This document shows, piece after piece, positions 7,125 to 16,800 of a DNA stretch of 20,000 nucleotides. Numbering within the stretch: position 1 is the stretch's first letter; each line of letters starts with the position of its first letter. The position numbers and the translations under genes are program-made. Under the pieces are notes generated by a model, which saw only the letters and a program-made list of their open reading frames with translations, did no database searches and was not told the origin of the DNA. Source of the stretch: an uncultured virus (IMG/VR IMGVR_UViG_3300035698_002590) (Duplodnaviria; Heunggongvirae; Uroviricota; Caudoviricetes); IMG/VR virus record IMGVR_UViG_3300035698_002590; one strand, given 5' to 3'.

Positions 7125-7937
7125 ATGAATAAATTTGAACAACTTATTGAATTCGTCATTAACGACGAACAAAATAAAGCAAAAGCTCTCTTTCATGAGA
7201 TAGTTGTAGAACAATCTAAATCTATCTATGAAGATATTATGTCTGAGGAATCAGACGCAGAAAAAGACGACCATGCCGAAAAAGCTGGCGCTGAAGTCAA
7301 AAAAGACATCGAATATGATGACAAGATGGACGAGTCAGATCTAGGCGGATCGCAAGTTGACGATCTTATTGACGAAGTAGAAGCCGAAGAGCAAGGCGTT
7401 ACTTTTGAAGATGATGAAGAAATTGAAATTGTTGACATTCAGAACGACGACGACGATTACGAAGAAGCAGAACTAGAAGATCGCGTTGTTGGTCTAGAAG
7501 ATAAACTAGACGAACTAATGGCTGAGTTTGAAGACCTTATGGGTCAAGTTGATGACAATACTGATGACATCGACGGCGAGCAAGACGAAATTGATGGCGA
7601 AATGGATGACATGGATGCTATGCAAGATGAACTTGACGAACCAGTTGACGTTGAAGTTGAAGTTGAAGGCCGCTTTAATGAAAATGTTGAACTAACTGCT
7701 GCTCCTAAGCCAGTAACAACATCAACATCTAGTAAGTCACCTGTTGCTGCAAATAGCGGCGCAAAAGGATCTGTAGCAAAGCCAGTAAATTTTGATGATG
7801 GAAACAAAGGCGACCAAGGCCGTCCAACACCAAAGTATGCTAGCCAAGACAACACAACAAAGCCTGACGTTAAACCAGCTACTAAGCCTGATTTAGCACA
7901 AGCTGCTGGTGTAAACACTAAAAGTGTTATTGACTAA
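7125..7937 (+). CDS. Highly acidic prohead core/internal scaffold-like protein (gp67-like position), 270 aa
   Basis: Start reassigned from 7083 to ATG 7125 (GGAGG RBS). Very D/E-rich centre with a coiled coil (LEDRVVGLEDKLDELMAEFEDLM) and a low-complexity K/P/T/S tail. Lies between portal and protease. Confidence 0.65.
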   Translation: MNKFEQLIEFVINDEQNKAKALFHEIVVEQSKSIYEDIMSEESDAEKDDHAEKAGAEVKKDIEYDDKMDESDLGGSQVDDLIDEVEAEEQGVTFEDDEEIEIVDIQNDDDDYEEAELEDRVVGLEDKLDELMAEFEDLMGQVDDNTDDIDGEQDEIDGEMDDMDAMQDELDEPVDVEVEVEGRFNENVELTAAPKPVTTSTSSKSPVAANSGAKGSVAKPVNFDDGNKGDQGRPTPKYASQDNTTKPDVKPATKPDLAQAAGVNTKSVID

Positions 7938-7951
7938 AAAGGATACCTAGT

Positions 7952-8578
7952 ATGGCTCTTTACCTTAGAGAAAATCTTACTTTTGAAACCGCACAAATTC
8001 AACTCGTTGAAGGCAAGGACGGTAAGGAACTCTTTATGGAGGGCATCTGCATACAAGGCGGAGTCAAGAACGCTAATGAGCGAATATACCCTGTGAGTGA
8101 GATTTCTAACGCAGTTAAAACTCTTAACGAACAGATCAAAGAAGGCAATAGTGTCCTTGGTGAAGTTGATCACCCGGATGACCTTAAAATTAATTTGGAC
8201 CGTGTCTGTCACATGATTACTAGTATGTGGATGGACGGTCCAAATGGATACGGAAAACTAAAAATACTTCCAACACCGATGGGTGAGCTAATTAAAACCA
8301 TGCTTCAGTCAGGTGTACGGTTGGGAGTATCAAGTCGTGGATCAGGTAATGTAGATCCACACAACGGACACGTCAGTGACTTTGAAATTGTTACTGTCGA
8401 TGTAGTCGCGCAACCCAGTGCTCCAAATGCTTATCCTAAAGCTATCTATGAAGGACTTTTGAACATGAAACATGGTCATACAGTTCTTGAGATGGCTAGG
8501 GAGTCTGGATCAAACGACAAAGTGCAAAAGTACCTAACAAACGAAGTATCTCGTTTGATTAGGGACCTAAAGATTTAG
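7952..8578 (+). CDS. gp21: Prohead core protease (T4 gp21-like), 208 aa
   Basis: EGICIQ..VKN.N.RIYP, LGEVDHP (catalytic His), LPTPMG, GVSSRGSG (catalytic Ser), DVVAQPSAP.AY. Confidence 0.95.
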   Translation: MALYLRENLTFETAQIQLVEGKDGKELFMEGICIQGGVKNANERIYPVSEISNAVKTLNEQIKEGNSVLGEVDHPDDLKINLDRVCHMITSMWMDGPNGYGKLKILPTPMGELIKTMLQSGVRLGVSSRGSGNVDPHNGHVSDFEIVTVDVVAQPSAPNAYPKAIYEGLLNMKHGHTVLEMARESGSNDKVQKYLTNEVSRLIRDLKI

Positions 8579-8587
8579 GAGAATCGC

Positions 8588-9667
8588 ATGTTAGATGCTA
8601 TTAAACCACTACTAGATAGCGACCTGGTTAATGAGGATACTCGCCAAGCTATTGCTGAACAATGGGCAGCAAAGCTAGTCGAGACCAAAGAAACAGTTCG
8701 TGCAGAACTTCGTGAGGAGTTTGCACACCGCTATGAGCATGATAAAACTGTGATGGTAGAAGCCCTAGATAAAATGGTAACAGAAGGCTTGCAAGAAGAA
8801 ATTTCTCAACTTAATGAAGAGAAAAAGGCACTTGCAGAGGACCGTGTAAAAAATGCAAAGACGATGAAAGAGAATACTGCAAAGTTTAATAACTTTATGG
8901 TTTCAAAACTTTCTGAAGAGCTTCGTGAATTGCGCACGGATCGTAAAGTACAAACAGAAGGTTTTGGTAAACTAGAATCTTTTGTTGTTCGTGCTTTAGC
9001 CGAAGAAATCAAGGAGTTTGCAGCAGACAAGAAAGACTTAGTGGAAACTAAAGTAAAACTTGTTCGCGATGCACGTGGACAACTTGATAGTCTAAAAAGC
9101 AAATTTGTTAAAGAATCTGCTAAAAAGATGTCAACAACTGTTGCTACCCATCTTACGCAAGAACTAAGTCAACTTAAAGAAGACATCAAAGCTGCTCGAG
9201 AGAACAATTTTGGTCGTCGTATATTTGAAGCATATGCTACAGAGTTTGGTGCTACTCATCTCAATGAGAATGCAGAAGTACGCAAGCTAGTAGCTACTAT
9301 TGAAGATAAAGATATTAAGTTGTCAGAAGCCATTAAAGCTCAAAAACAATCTGCAAAGCTTGTTGAGAGTAAAAATCATGAAATTAAAATCATTCGTGAA
9401 GCTAATGAGCGCGAAGCTACATTAGACGAACTTTTATCCCCTCTCAATGATGAGAAGAGAGATGTGATGATTAATCTTCTTGAAAACGTTCAAACATCTC
9501 GTTTAAAGAACGCATTTGAGAAATATTTGCCAGCAGTACTCAGTGAAGCTAAAGCAGTTAAGAAAGCTGAAGCACTTGTTGAATCAACTGGTAACAAAAC
9601 TGTTAAGGCCGTAGAAAGATCCGACGTAAATAACGTTATTGATCTCAAGCGCCTAGCAGGGCTTTAA
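8588..9667 (+). CDS. gp22: Prohead scaffolding protein (T4 gp22-like), 359 aa
   Basis: E/K/A-rich coiled coil between the protease and the capsid gene, FGRRIFEA motif, many L-X-E sites, AGGAG RBS. Confidence 0.85.
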   Translation: MLDAIKPLLDSDLVNEDTRQAIAEQWAAKLVETKETVRAELREEFAHRYEHDKTVMVEALDKMVTEGLQEEISQLNEEKKALAEDRVKNAKTMKENTAKFNNFMVSKLSEELRELRTDRKVQTEGFGKLESFVVRALAEEIKEFAADKKDLVETKVKLVRDARGQLDSLKSKFVKESAKKMSTTVATHLTQELSQLKEDIKAARENNFGRRIFEAYATEFGATHLNENAEVRKLVATIEDKDIKLSEAIKAQKQSAKLVESKNHEIKIIREANEREATLDELLSPLNDEKRDVMINLLENVQTSRLKNAFEKYLPAVLSEAKAVKKAEALVESTGNKTVKAVERSDVNNVIDLKRLAGL

Positions 9668-9687
9668 AAAAGAAAAAGGAGACAGAA

Positions 9688-10899
9688 ATGTCACAAGAAC
9701 TACTAGAAAACAGATGGAGTGAGACCAAGGAAGCCCTCCTAGAAGGCCTTCAAGGTTCACGCCGTTCAACAATGGGTGTTATCCTAGAAAACACTCGCAA
9801 GCACTTGGCAGAGAATGCAACAGCAGGTTCAACTTCTTCCGGTAACGTAGCAACACTTAATCGTGTTATCCTACCAGTTATCAGACGTGTTATGCCAACT
9901 GTTATTGCTAACGAACTAGTCGGCGTTCAGCCAATGACTGGCCCAGTTGGTCAAATTCACACACTACGTGTTCGTTATGCAAACGCAATGACAGACAACT
10001 CAGCAGCAGCAACAAATACAGCCGCTGGTGACGAAGCTCTATCACCATTCAAAATTGCACAAGCTTACTCCTCTGCGTCCACAGTGACAGCAGGCGTTGT
10101 ACAAGCTGCACAGAACACATACCAAGGTGCAAACACAGCAGTACTTGAAGGTTCCGGCGGTCGTCAGATTTCCGTACAAATCCTCAAGCAAGCTGTTGAA
10201 GCAAAAACACGTAAGCTACAAGCTCGCTGGACTTTTGAAGCAGCACAAGACGCACAAGCCATGCACGGTATTGACGTTGAAGCTGAAATCATGGCAGCAC
10301 TTGCTCAAGAAATTACTGCTGAAATCGACCAAGAGATCCTACTTTCTCTACGTTCACTAGCAGCAACTGAGTTTACATACAACCAAGCCACAGTATCAGG
10401 TACAGCAACATTTGTTGGTGACGAGCATGCAGCTCTTGCAGTTCTAATCAACAGAACAGCTAACTTGATTGCTCAGCGTACACGCCGTGGCGCAGGCAAC
10501 TATGCTGTTGTTTCCCCTGCTGCACTTACAGTGCTACAGAGTGCAACAACAAGTGCATTTGCTCGCACAACAGAAGGCACATTTGAAGCACCAACAAATA
10601 CTAAATTCGTCGGTACATTAAATGGCACAATGCGTGTATTCTGTGACTCGTATGCAGGCGATGCAACACCAGTTCTAGTTGGATACAAAGGCGCAAGTGA
10701 AACAGACGCACCAGCGTTCTATTGCCCATACGTACCGCTAATGAGTTCTGGCGTTGTTCTTGATCCGTCAAGCTTTGAGCCAGTTGTGTCCTTTATGACA
10801 CGTTACGGCTACATTGAGCTAACAAACACAGCATCGTCCTTCGGTAACGCCGGCGACTATGTTGGTGAAATTGCTGTACAGAACCTTTCGTTCTCATAA
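9688..10899 (+). CDS. gp23: Major capsid protein (T4 gp23-like), 403 aa
   Basis: LVGVQPMTGPVGQI..LR, VEAKTRKLQARWT.E.AQD....HGIDVEAE, EITAEIDQEI, VGYKG..E.DA..FYCPYVPL and MTRYG are gp23 signatures. AGGAG RBS. Confidence 0.97.
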   Translation: MSQELLENRWSETKEALLEGLQGSRRSTMGVILENTRKHLAENATAGSTSSGNVATLNRVILPVIRRVMPTVIANELVGVQPMTGPVGQIHTLRVRYANAMTDNSAAATNTAAGDEALSPFKIAQAYSSASTVTAGVVQAAQNTYQGANTAVLEGSGGRQISVQILKQAVEAKTRKLQARWTFEAAQDAQAMHGIDVEAEIMAALAQEITAEIDQEILLSLRSLAATEFTYNQATVSGTATFVGDEHAALAVLINRTANLIAQRTRRGAGNYAVVSPAALTVLQSATTSAFARTTEGTFEAPTNTKFVGTLNGTMRVFCDSYAGDATPVLVGYKGASETDAPAFYCPYVPLMSSGVVLDPSSFEPVVSFMTRYGYIELTNTASSFGNAGDYVGEIAVQNLSFS

Positions 10900-10933
10900 G
10901 CTTTATCATTACAACCTGCATCCTGCAGGGAGG

Positions 10934-10965
10934 AAAAAACAGCACCTTCGGGTGCTGTTTTTTTT
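10934..10965 (+). terminator. Rho-independent terminator after the major capsid gene (possibly bidirectional)
   Basis: AAAAAA-CAGCACC-TTCG-GGTGCTG-TTTTTTTT with a C(UUCG)G tetraloop. Confidence 0.92.
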
Positions 10966-10998
10966 ATGTTAAGTTACTGCACTTGACCAATGAATTCT

Positions 10999-11097
10999 GC
11001 TAAATAAAACTACACAACGCAATAGGTGCGTTTTATGCGGAATACCATCCGCGTAGTGGCTAAAACCCACATCGGACTTCTATAAGGAGAAAACAAC
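10999..11097 (+). promoter_or_regulatory. Late-like promoter GCTAAATA followed by a structured ~90-nt 5' leader
   Basis: Box at 10999-11006. Hairpins 11016-11032, 11034-11055 and 11056-11070, then 11077-11089, which includes the SD AGGAG. Confidence 0.5.
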
Positions 11098-11766
11098 ATG
11101 GGACGTCCTCTCAAAATTAAAATTTCTGATACCCGCGATGCTGGCTTTAACAATCCAAATGGCGAAGGCACACCATCTGGTGAATTATCTTATGGTCAAG
11201 TTGGCGGTAACTTTGCTTTGTCAAGTGGAGCTTTTCCAGTAACAACAACTAGAGTTAAAATCGGCACAGTTGCTGAAGCCGACGGCTATATTGTTCGTCA
11301 AAAAGGATCAACTAAGTATCTAGTTGGTGATTCAACAGGTGTTACTGCTGGATCGTTTATTGTTGACAATCAATACATTATTACAGCAATTGGTAATACT
11401 GACTGGCAAGCAATTGGTGCAAATCCAGGCGCCGGCGTAGGTAGCACATTTAGTGCCACAGGTGTTGGTTCCGGAACCGGCACAGCAGACACAATTGGTG
11501 TTTGTGTACTAGCCAACTTAGCTGATGCTGCATTAACCGCTAACACTATGACAATCACATATGCTGATGTGGGATCAACACTAGTCCGCGTTAGAAAAAT
11601 GTCAAATAAATTTGCTGTTCCATTTGGCAACGAAACTACGCAGCCACATCTATTAGTTAACTACTTTAACATTTCAGACGATACTGTCAAAATTGGCGGT
11701 TCAGGCGATGCTTCATCACCTAACACAATCGATCTAGTACAGATTGAAAATCCACAGTTTGGTTAA
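11098..11766 (+). CDS. Putative virion structural protein (head decoration/accessory candidate), 222 aa
   Basis: Directly after the capsid gene with its own promoter box, strong RBS and terminator. G/T/A-rich. Contains an AGSFIV...Y.I..IG.TDW..IGA....G..F.ATG.GSGTG module seen in phage virion proteins. Confidence 0.55.
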   Translation: MGRPLKIKISDTRDAGFNNPNGEGTPSGELSYGQVGGNFALSSGAFPVTTTRVKIGTVAEADGYIVRQKGSTKYLVGDSTGVTAGSFIVDNQYIITAIGNTDWQAIGANPGAGVGSTFSATGVGSGTGTADTIGVCVLANLADAALTANTMTITYADVGSTLVRVRKMSNKFAVPFGNETTQPHLLVNYFNISDDTVKIGGSGDASSPNTIDLVQIENPQFG

Positions 11767-11789
11767 GCCCAACTTTTTAACTTATCGAG

Positions 11790-11823
11790 CCCTCACTGCA
11801 ATAACTACAGTGAGGGTTTTTTT
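11790..11823 (+). terminator. Rho-independent terminator with a promoter-like AATAACTA in its loop
   Basis: CCCTCACTG-(CAATAACTA)-CAGTGAGGG-TTTTTTT, immediately followed by ATG 11824. Confidence 0.8.
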
Positions 11824-12411
11824 ATGAGCGCAGCATTTATACTAGGCAATGGACGTAGCAGGTTAGCAGTTAATCTGAATAAGCTTGCTGAGTGTGGCAC
11901 AGTGTTTGGGTGTAATAGATTATATCAAGATTTTACGCCACACTGCTTAGTATCAACTGATAGGCCTATTGCTGAAGAAATACAAAACTCTGGGTATGCG
12001 CAACAAAATAGATTTCACACAAGAAAACCTGTTGAAGGATCCGGCGGCCGCTTACTAATTAAAGAATACAAAGGATTTAGCAGCGGACCAAATGCCGCTG
12101 CATTAGCACTAGTAGATGGACACAGCGATATATATTTAATTGGCATGGATCTTGGCACTACCAACGGAATGGTTAACAACGTCTACACTGGAACACAGTT
12201 TTACAAAAAAGAACTTGACTCTCCAACGTTTTCGGGCAATTGGATTAATCAGATTATTACGCTTACTGAAGATTTTAATAACAGGCAGTTTTGGAGAATT
12301 GAAGGTCACGAATCGGCATTTGTTCCAAAATTTAATAAAATACAAAATATGAGGATATTGTCTATGGACAAGTTTCTAGAGAAGGTAAATACTGCTAGAG
12401 GTCCACTATGA
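11824..12411 (+). CDS. Maf/DUF115 (MptE-like)/sialyltransferase-like Rossmann-fold enzyme, putative glycosyltransferase, 195 aa
   Basis: AFILGNGRS, VFGCN.LY, P..LVSTD, SSG..A..LA...G...IYLIGMDL match the motif order of Maf_flag10 and CstII/GT42-type domains. Confidence 0.65.
   Translation: MSAAFILGNGRSRLAVNLNKLAECGTVFGCNRLYQDFTPHCLVSTDRPIAEEIQNSGYAQQNRFHTRKPVEGSGGRLLIKEYKGFSSGPNAAALALVDGHSDIYLIGMDLGTTNGMVNNVYTGTQFYKKELDSPTFSGNWINQIITLTEDFNNRQFWRIEGHESAFVPKFNKIQNMRILSMDKFLEKVNTARGPL
12384..12391 (+). promoter_or_regulatory. T4-late-like promoter box GGTAAATA (inside the 3' end of the upstream gene)
   Basis: TAAATA core 16 nt before ATG 12408, with a GAGG RBS in between. Confidence 0.45.
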
Positions 12412-13076
12412 ACACAAAAAAAAGAATTGACGGCGATTACTATATTGAAACAATAAACCCTGATGACAGAGTGTATATTGACACAAATACCGTCGAAGTT
12501 GACGGTAACTTAGTAGTCAACGGTAACCTAACATACATTAATACTGAACAACTTAATGTTAAAGATCCGTTTATCATGGTTAACAGTAGTAATACTGCAA
12601 CCTATTCGGCTAATAGTGGCGTACTAACCCATAAAACAGCATCAACTTATGCAGGAATTCGTTATAGTGCTGATGACAATCAATGGCAACTTAGTATCAA
12701 CACTGGTACTAACGGAGATACTGGTTCTTGGGATGCAATAGCTACAGCCGCTGGGGCAACACCTCCAGGAGGCCCAAATACAGCCGTTCAGTATAATAAT
12801 AACGGAAGTTTTGCTGGAGAATCTCAATTTACGTGGGATCAAGATACTGACACACTTTCGATTACAGGAACAGTTAATGCGGTAGGGAACGTAAGTGTTG
12901 ACGGCCCCATTCATCTTGCTGACCAAAGTTCGGTGCCTGCATCAGTGGCAACTACTACAGTATTATATGCAAACGTAGCCGGAAGCGGCGGCACTGGTGT
13001 ATACTTTGTAGACGGTGCAATTACTGATGAATTAGTAAGCAAAAGCAAAGCCATTGTTTATGGCATTATATTTTAG
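12408..13076 (+). CDS. Putative virion structural/fibre-associated protein, 222 aa
   Basis: ATGA overlap with the upstream gene. V.GNL.V.GN......L.V.DP.I..N beta-fibre motif and a PGG.NT.VQYNNNGSFAG...FT motif. Confidence 0.6.
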   Translation: MNTKKRIDGDYYIETINPDDRVYIDTNTVEVDGNLVVNGNLTYINTEQLNVKDPFIMVNSSNTATYSANSGVLTHKTASTYAGIRYSADDNQWQLSINTGTNGDTGSWDAIATAAGATPPGGPNTAVQYNNNGSFAGESQFTWDQDTDTLSITGTVNAVGNVSVDGPIHLADQSSVPASVATTTVLYANVAGSGGTGVYFVDGAITDELVSKSKAIVYGIIF

Positions 13077-13086
13077 GGATTAAAAA

Positions 13087-13401
13087 ATGGCAATTCAAAC
13101 AACCGAAGTTGTGAACTCAGATACAACTGTATACACAAGTACAGCCAATAGTGCAATCACATTTGCAACATTTACAAATTACACTGCTGCTACTATTAGC
13201 GTAGATATCCATGTTGTTCCAGCAGGTGATGCTGTAGGGAATGTTAATTGTGTTGTAAAAGGATTAGAAATTACAGCAACTGACACATACCAACTATATG
13301 CAGGCGGAGAAAAACTGTTACTCGATAACAATGACTTTGTTAGTGCTGTAGCAAATGTCGCAACAGGTGTGAGCTCAGTAGTTTCATATACTGGAATCTA
13401 A
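13087..13401 (+). CDS. Putative small virion structural protein (beta-rich), 104 aa
   Basis: T/V/A-rich ORF with an AGGGA RBS within the structural operon. Confidence 0.6.
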   Translation: MAIQTTEVVNSDTTVYTSTANSAITFATFTNYTAATISVDIHVVPAGDAVGNVNCVVKGLEITATDTYQLYAGGEKLLLDNNDFVSAVANVATGVSSVVSYTGI

Positions 13402-13402
13402 T

Positions 13403-13837
13403 ATGGCAGTTAATCCAAGCTCGGGTGCATTTGTAAAAAACCGCACTATTCCAAGTGCCAGTACAAGTGTGGTAATACCAAGCGGCGCAACTAACGAAAG
13501 ACCTACTGCTCCTGTATTTGGTAGTTTTAGATTTAATACCAGCACTGGCGGCATGGAATATTTTGATGGAACTGTATTCAAGTCGGTTGGTGTTGCTGGG
13601 GAAGCAAACTTAGTAGTCGATGCATTTACAGGTGACGGGTCTACGCTTTCGTTTACACTTAGTACATCAGTGAGCGACGAAGATCAAGTTATTACTTTTG
13701 TTTCAAACATTTATCAGCAACCTGTGGGCGTGTATACTATTACTGGCGGCGGAAATGACATTACGTTTAGTGCAGCACCGCTTGATGCTGAGCCAATTCA
13801 TGTGATTCACGGGTTAGGCACAGTCCCTGGTACCTAG
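13403..13837 (+). CDS. Putative virion structural protein, 144 aa
   Basis: IPSG.T.ERP..P..G.FRFNT.....EY.DG module plus an FTGDGST..FTL...V....Q.P...YT.....ITF..AP module, both common in large-phage tail proteins. Confidence 0.65.
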   Translation: MAVNPSSGAFVKNRTIPSASTSVVIPSGATNERPTAPVFGSFRFNTSTGGMEYFDGTVFKSVGVAGEANLVVDAFTGDGSTLSFTLSTSVSDEDQVITFVSNIYQQPVGVYTITGGGNDITFSAAPLDAEPIHVIHGLGTVPGT

Positions 13838-13848
13838 CTTAAATTTAA

Positions 13849-13856
13849 GATAAATA
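13849..13856 (+). promoter_or_regulatory. T4-late-like promoter box GATAAATA
   Basis: In the intergenic gap upstream of the GAGGA RBS and ATG 13885. Confidence 0.55.
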
Positions 13857-13884
13857 CATTTAGATTCAGAGGATAGCACTATAA

Positions 13885-16800
13885 ATGGCAATTGCACGGG
13901 TTTCTGGTAATGCATTAGCAAACGACTTACAGCGGAGCACTAATTTAGCAATTAGCACAGATGCTTTGTATGTCGATGTGGCTAACAACAGAATTGGCAT
14001 TAACACCACCTCAACAACACATGCTATTACAACGCCAAATGATGCGTCAATTGGTAATGTTATTATTACTGGAAACAGCATTACATCCAATCTTGGAAAT
14101 CTTGACCTGTCGGGTTCCGAACTTAACCTGGGTGCAGTTGGAGACATAACAATCACAGGCGGCTCAAGCGGCACAGTGTTGAGCACCGACGGTGCTGGCG
14201 TTCTTAGTTTTGTTCCAATCAGCAATGTCGGCGGACTAACTGGTAATGTTATCAGTTTGGGAACACCAACAGATGGAGACCTAACAACCAACGTAGCCTA
14301 CAATGACTGGACTATTAGTACCTATGTAACTGATGGACTTGATGATCTCAATCAAGTTGCACTAAACATTGCTAACGGAACTTATGTTGGCCAAGTTGAG
14401 TTTGTTGGCACTCCGGTTGCAGGCCCAAGTCCGCAAACTGTAGCATTTACTGGAAGTTTAGTTGGCACTGCTGACAATTACCTTTGGAATTTTGGTGATG
14501 GTAATACTGCTACTAGCGGACTAAACGTTAGTCACACATATAGTGATGATAGCGGCGGGCAATTTACAGTTTCTCTAACTGCATTTAATTCAGATGGAAC
14601 GTACGAAGGTAATGTAGCGTTAGGTGCAAAAGGTTCAGTTGACACTAAGACCAGAACAAACTATATTACATTGTATACTCCAAATCCTGTGCCAGCGTTT
14701 ACTATTACAGACAACAGCATCGATAGTGGAACACTAGCCGAGATTAACAACACCTCAACGAACGTAACATCTAGTTACGAGCTTGATTGGGGAGATGGCG
14801 TTGCAAATACAACTCCAGCATTAGGTTGGACAACACTTACAAATACGTATACAAACGCTGGCGGCGACGAGAAATACACAATTGTACTTGCTGGTACATC
14901 TAGTACTGCTGGACCAAGTCCGGTTACAGTATACAGTGCACCAGGTATAGTAAGTGTATACAGCGATCATACCAGTCAATTTACTGCTAACATAACTACG
15001 CTAGTTAACGAAGAAGCAACATCCGGTGGTGTAGTGCAGTTTACAAACACTGTTTCAACTAACCCAGGAACAACTGCTATCTTTGGAGCTCAACAAAAAT
15101 ACAATTGGATTTGGGCCGACGGAACATTTGCTAACGTTAATGTGCAAAGTGGAGTTGCTGGTAATCCGGGTAGTACACTTAATCATACATTTGAACTTAG
15201 TTCGGGAAATCAAGCAAGTGGCACAAGTGAAACATTTAATGTTACAATGCAAGTTCGCAATGGCAGTACTAATTCACCATTTGTAAGTGGTAGTACTACG
15301 ATCACAATTGAACCTGATGTTAGGGCAATTTACGCAGGCGCTGCGGTTACTGTTAGTGATAAAACTGGTGACAATGCACAAGATGGATATGTGTTTACTG
15401 ATTATCGAGACAGCGCAGATCGAGCATTGTTTACTTTTGAAAACGACAGTCAAAATGGAACAATATTTGATTGGACATTTGGTGACGGTAATACAACTGG
15501 TAACATTACCAATGGAGCAGGCACACCCGGAAATGGTAACATTACTAACAGTTATCCTAGTACAGGTAGCTACACAGTTGAACTTGATGTGTTTGGAACT
15601 CCTGCTACTATAGCACAATCAGACAGTGAAGTCAAGAGCAATTATATTATAATCAATACAAACCCAGCACAACCGGGTGCACTGAGCAGTAAAACAATTA
15701 GTCTACAGGATAGCAGTCAAGGGACTTCGCCATTGTTAGCTGCTGCGGCTACTGACAACAGCGTGGGGAATATACCAGCTGCTGGCAGTAGTGTAATACG
15801 ATATATTTCATCTACTCCAATTAATATAAACACTGTAACAAATGCAAATACTGCAATTTCAGGCACACTAGCAGCAGTATTCAACAATGTAGATGTTGGA
15901 AATGTAACATTTACAAGTGGCGGTGATGCAACTGGAACATATACTGATTTAATTGTGGTTGCTGATGGCGATGCCCACGATGAAATAAGTGCAAGCACGT
16001 ATCCAAGTGGCTTTGCTAAAGTGTTTGATGCACGGTGGCAAAGGGCACTAAGTGGTATTAGCGTAGGTTATAGTGATGTAAGCCTGAGCCATACTACTGC
16101 TGGACAAACAAACGTAGTTGGTTTTGTTAAAGATGACATGACATCGGTGCCAACTGTAGTACAAGGTAATGCAGTTGTTGTTGAACAGACTGCTGGATCT
16201 TACAGATATATTTCTGGTGTGCCGTACTATAACACAGGCAGTCCTGCTATACAAATCCAAAGTTTAGAAGTATCCAATCTAACAGGGCAAACATACAGAA
16301 ATACCACACAACCTATACTATTTACTACAGGCACACTTGCTGAAGGAACTTCGGGTAGTATTATTAACAGCCAAACAAAAACATATTCTGATATTGACGG
16401 TACTCCAAGTTTTGTTACTGCTGGCATAGTTAATGCAGATGTTGGGGTAGGATCTTCGCAATTACTAGGAAATGTTACAATCAATATCAATGGTAGCGCA
16501 AGAGCAGTTGGTTACATTGACAGCCAAATGTTCAACGTTAACGGATCAAGCTCGGTAGTAAACATAGATAACAAGTACATTCAAATCTACAGTGCAAGTT
16601 TAACAGGATTTGATGAAGAGAACATTCCAGTAGCAGATGCGCTCGGCAGTGTTTTTGACGATGATGGTTTGAGAATTACAGGACTAGGCACCGCAAGTGA
16701 CACACCAACTTTCAATGGTGCAACTAACTTTTATACAGCCAATGCGTGGACAGGTGCAGAAACTATTGCTGGCACACAGGAAGCAGTTGTTCGTTGGGGA

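Noticed and set aside
5044..10899. Introns or inteins in portal, protease or capsid genes
   Set aside because: The ORFs are continuous and of expected or shorter length, with no intein or homing endonuclease motifs seen.
10915..10929. Small hairpin CCTGCA-TCC-TGCAGG before the capsid terminator
   Set aside because: Only 6 bp with no U-tract, so no function can be supported.
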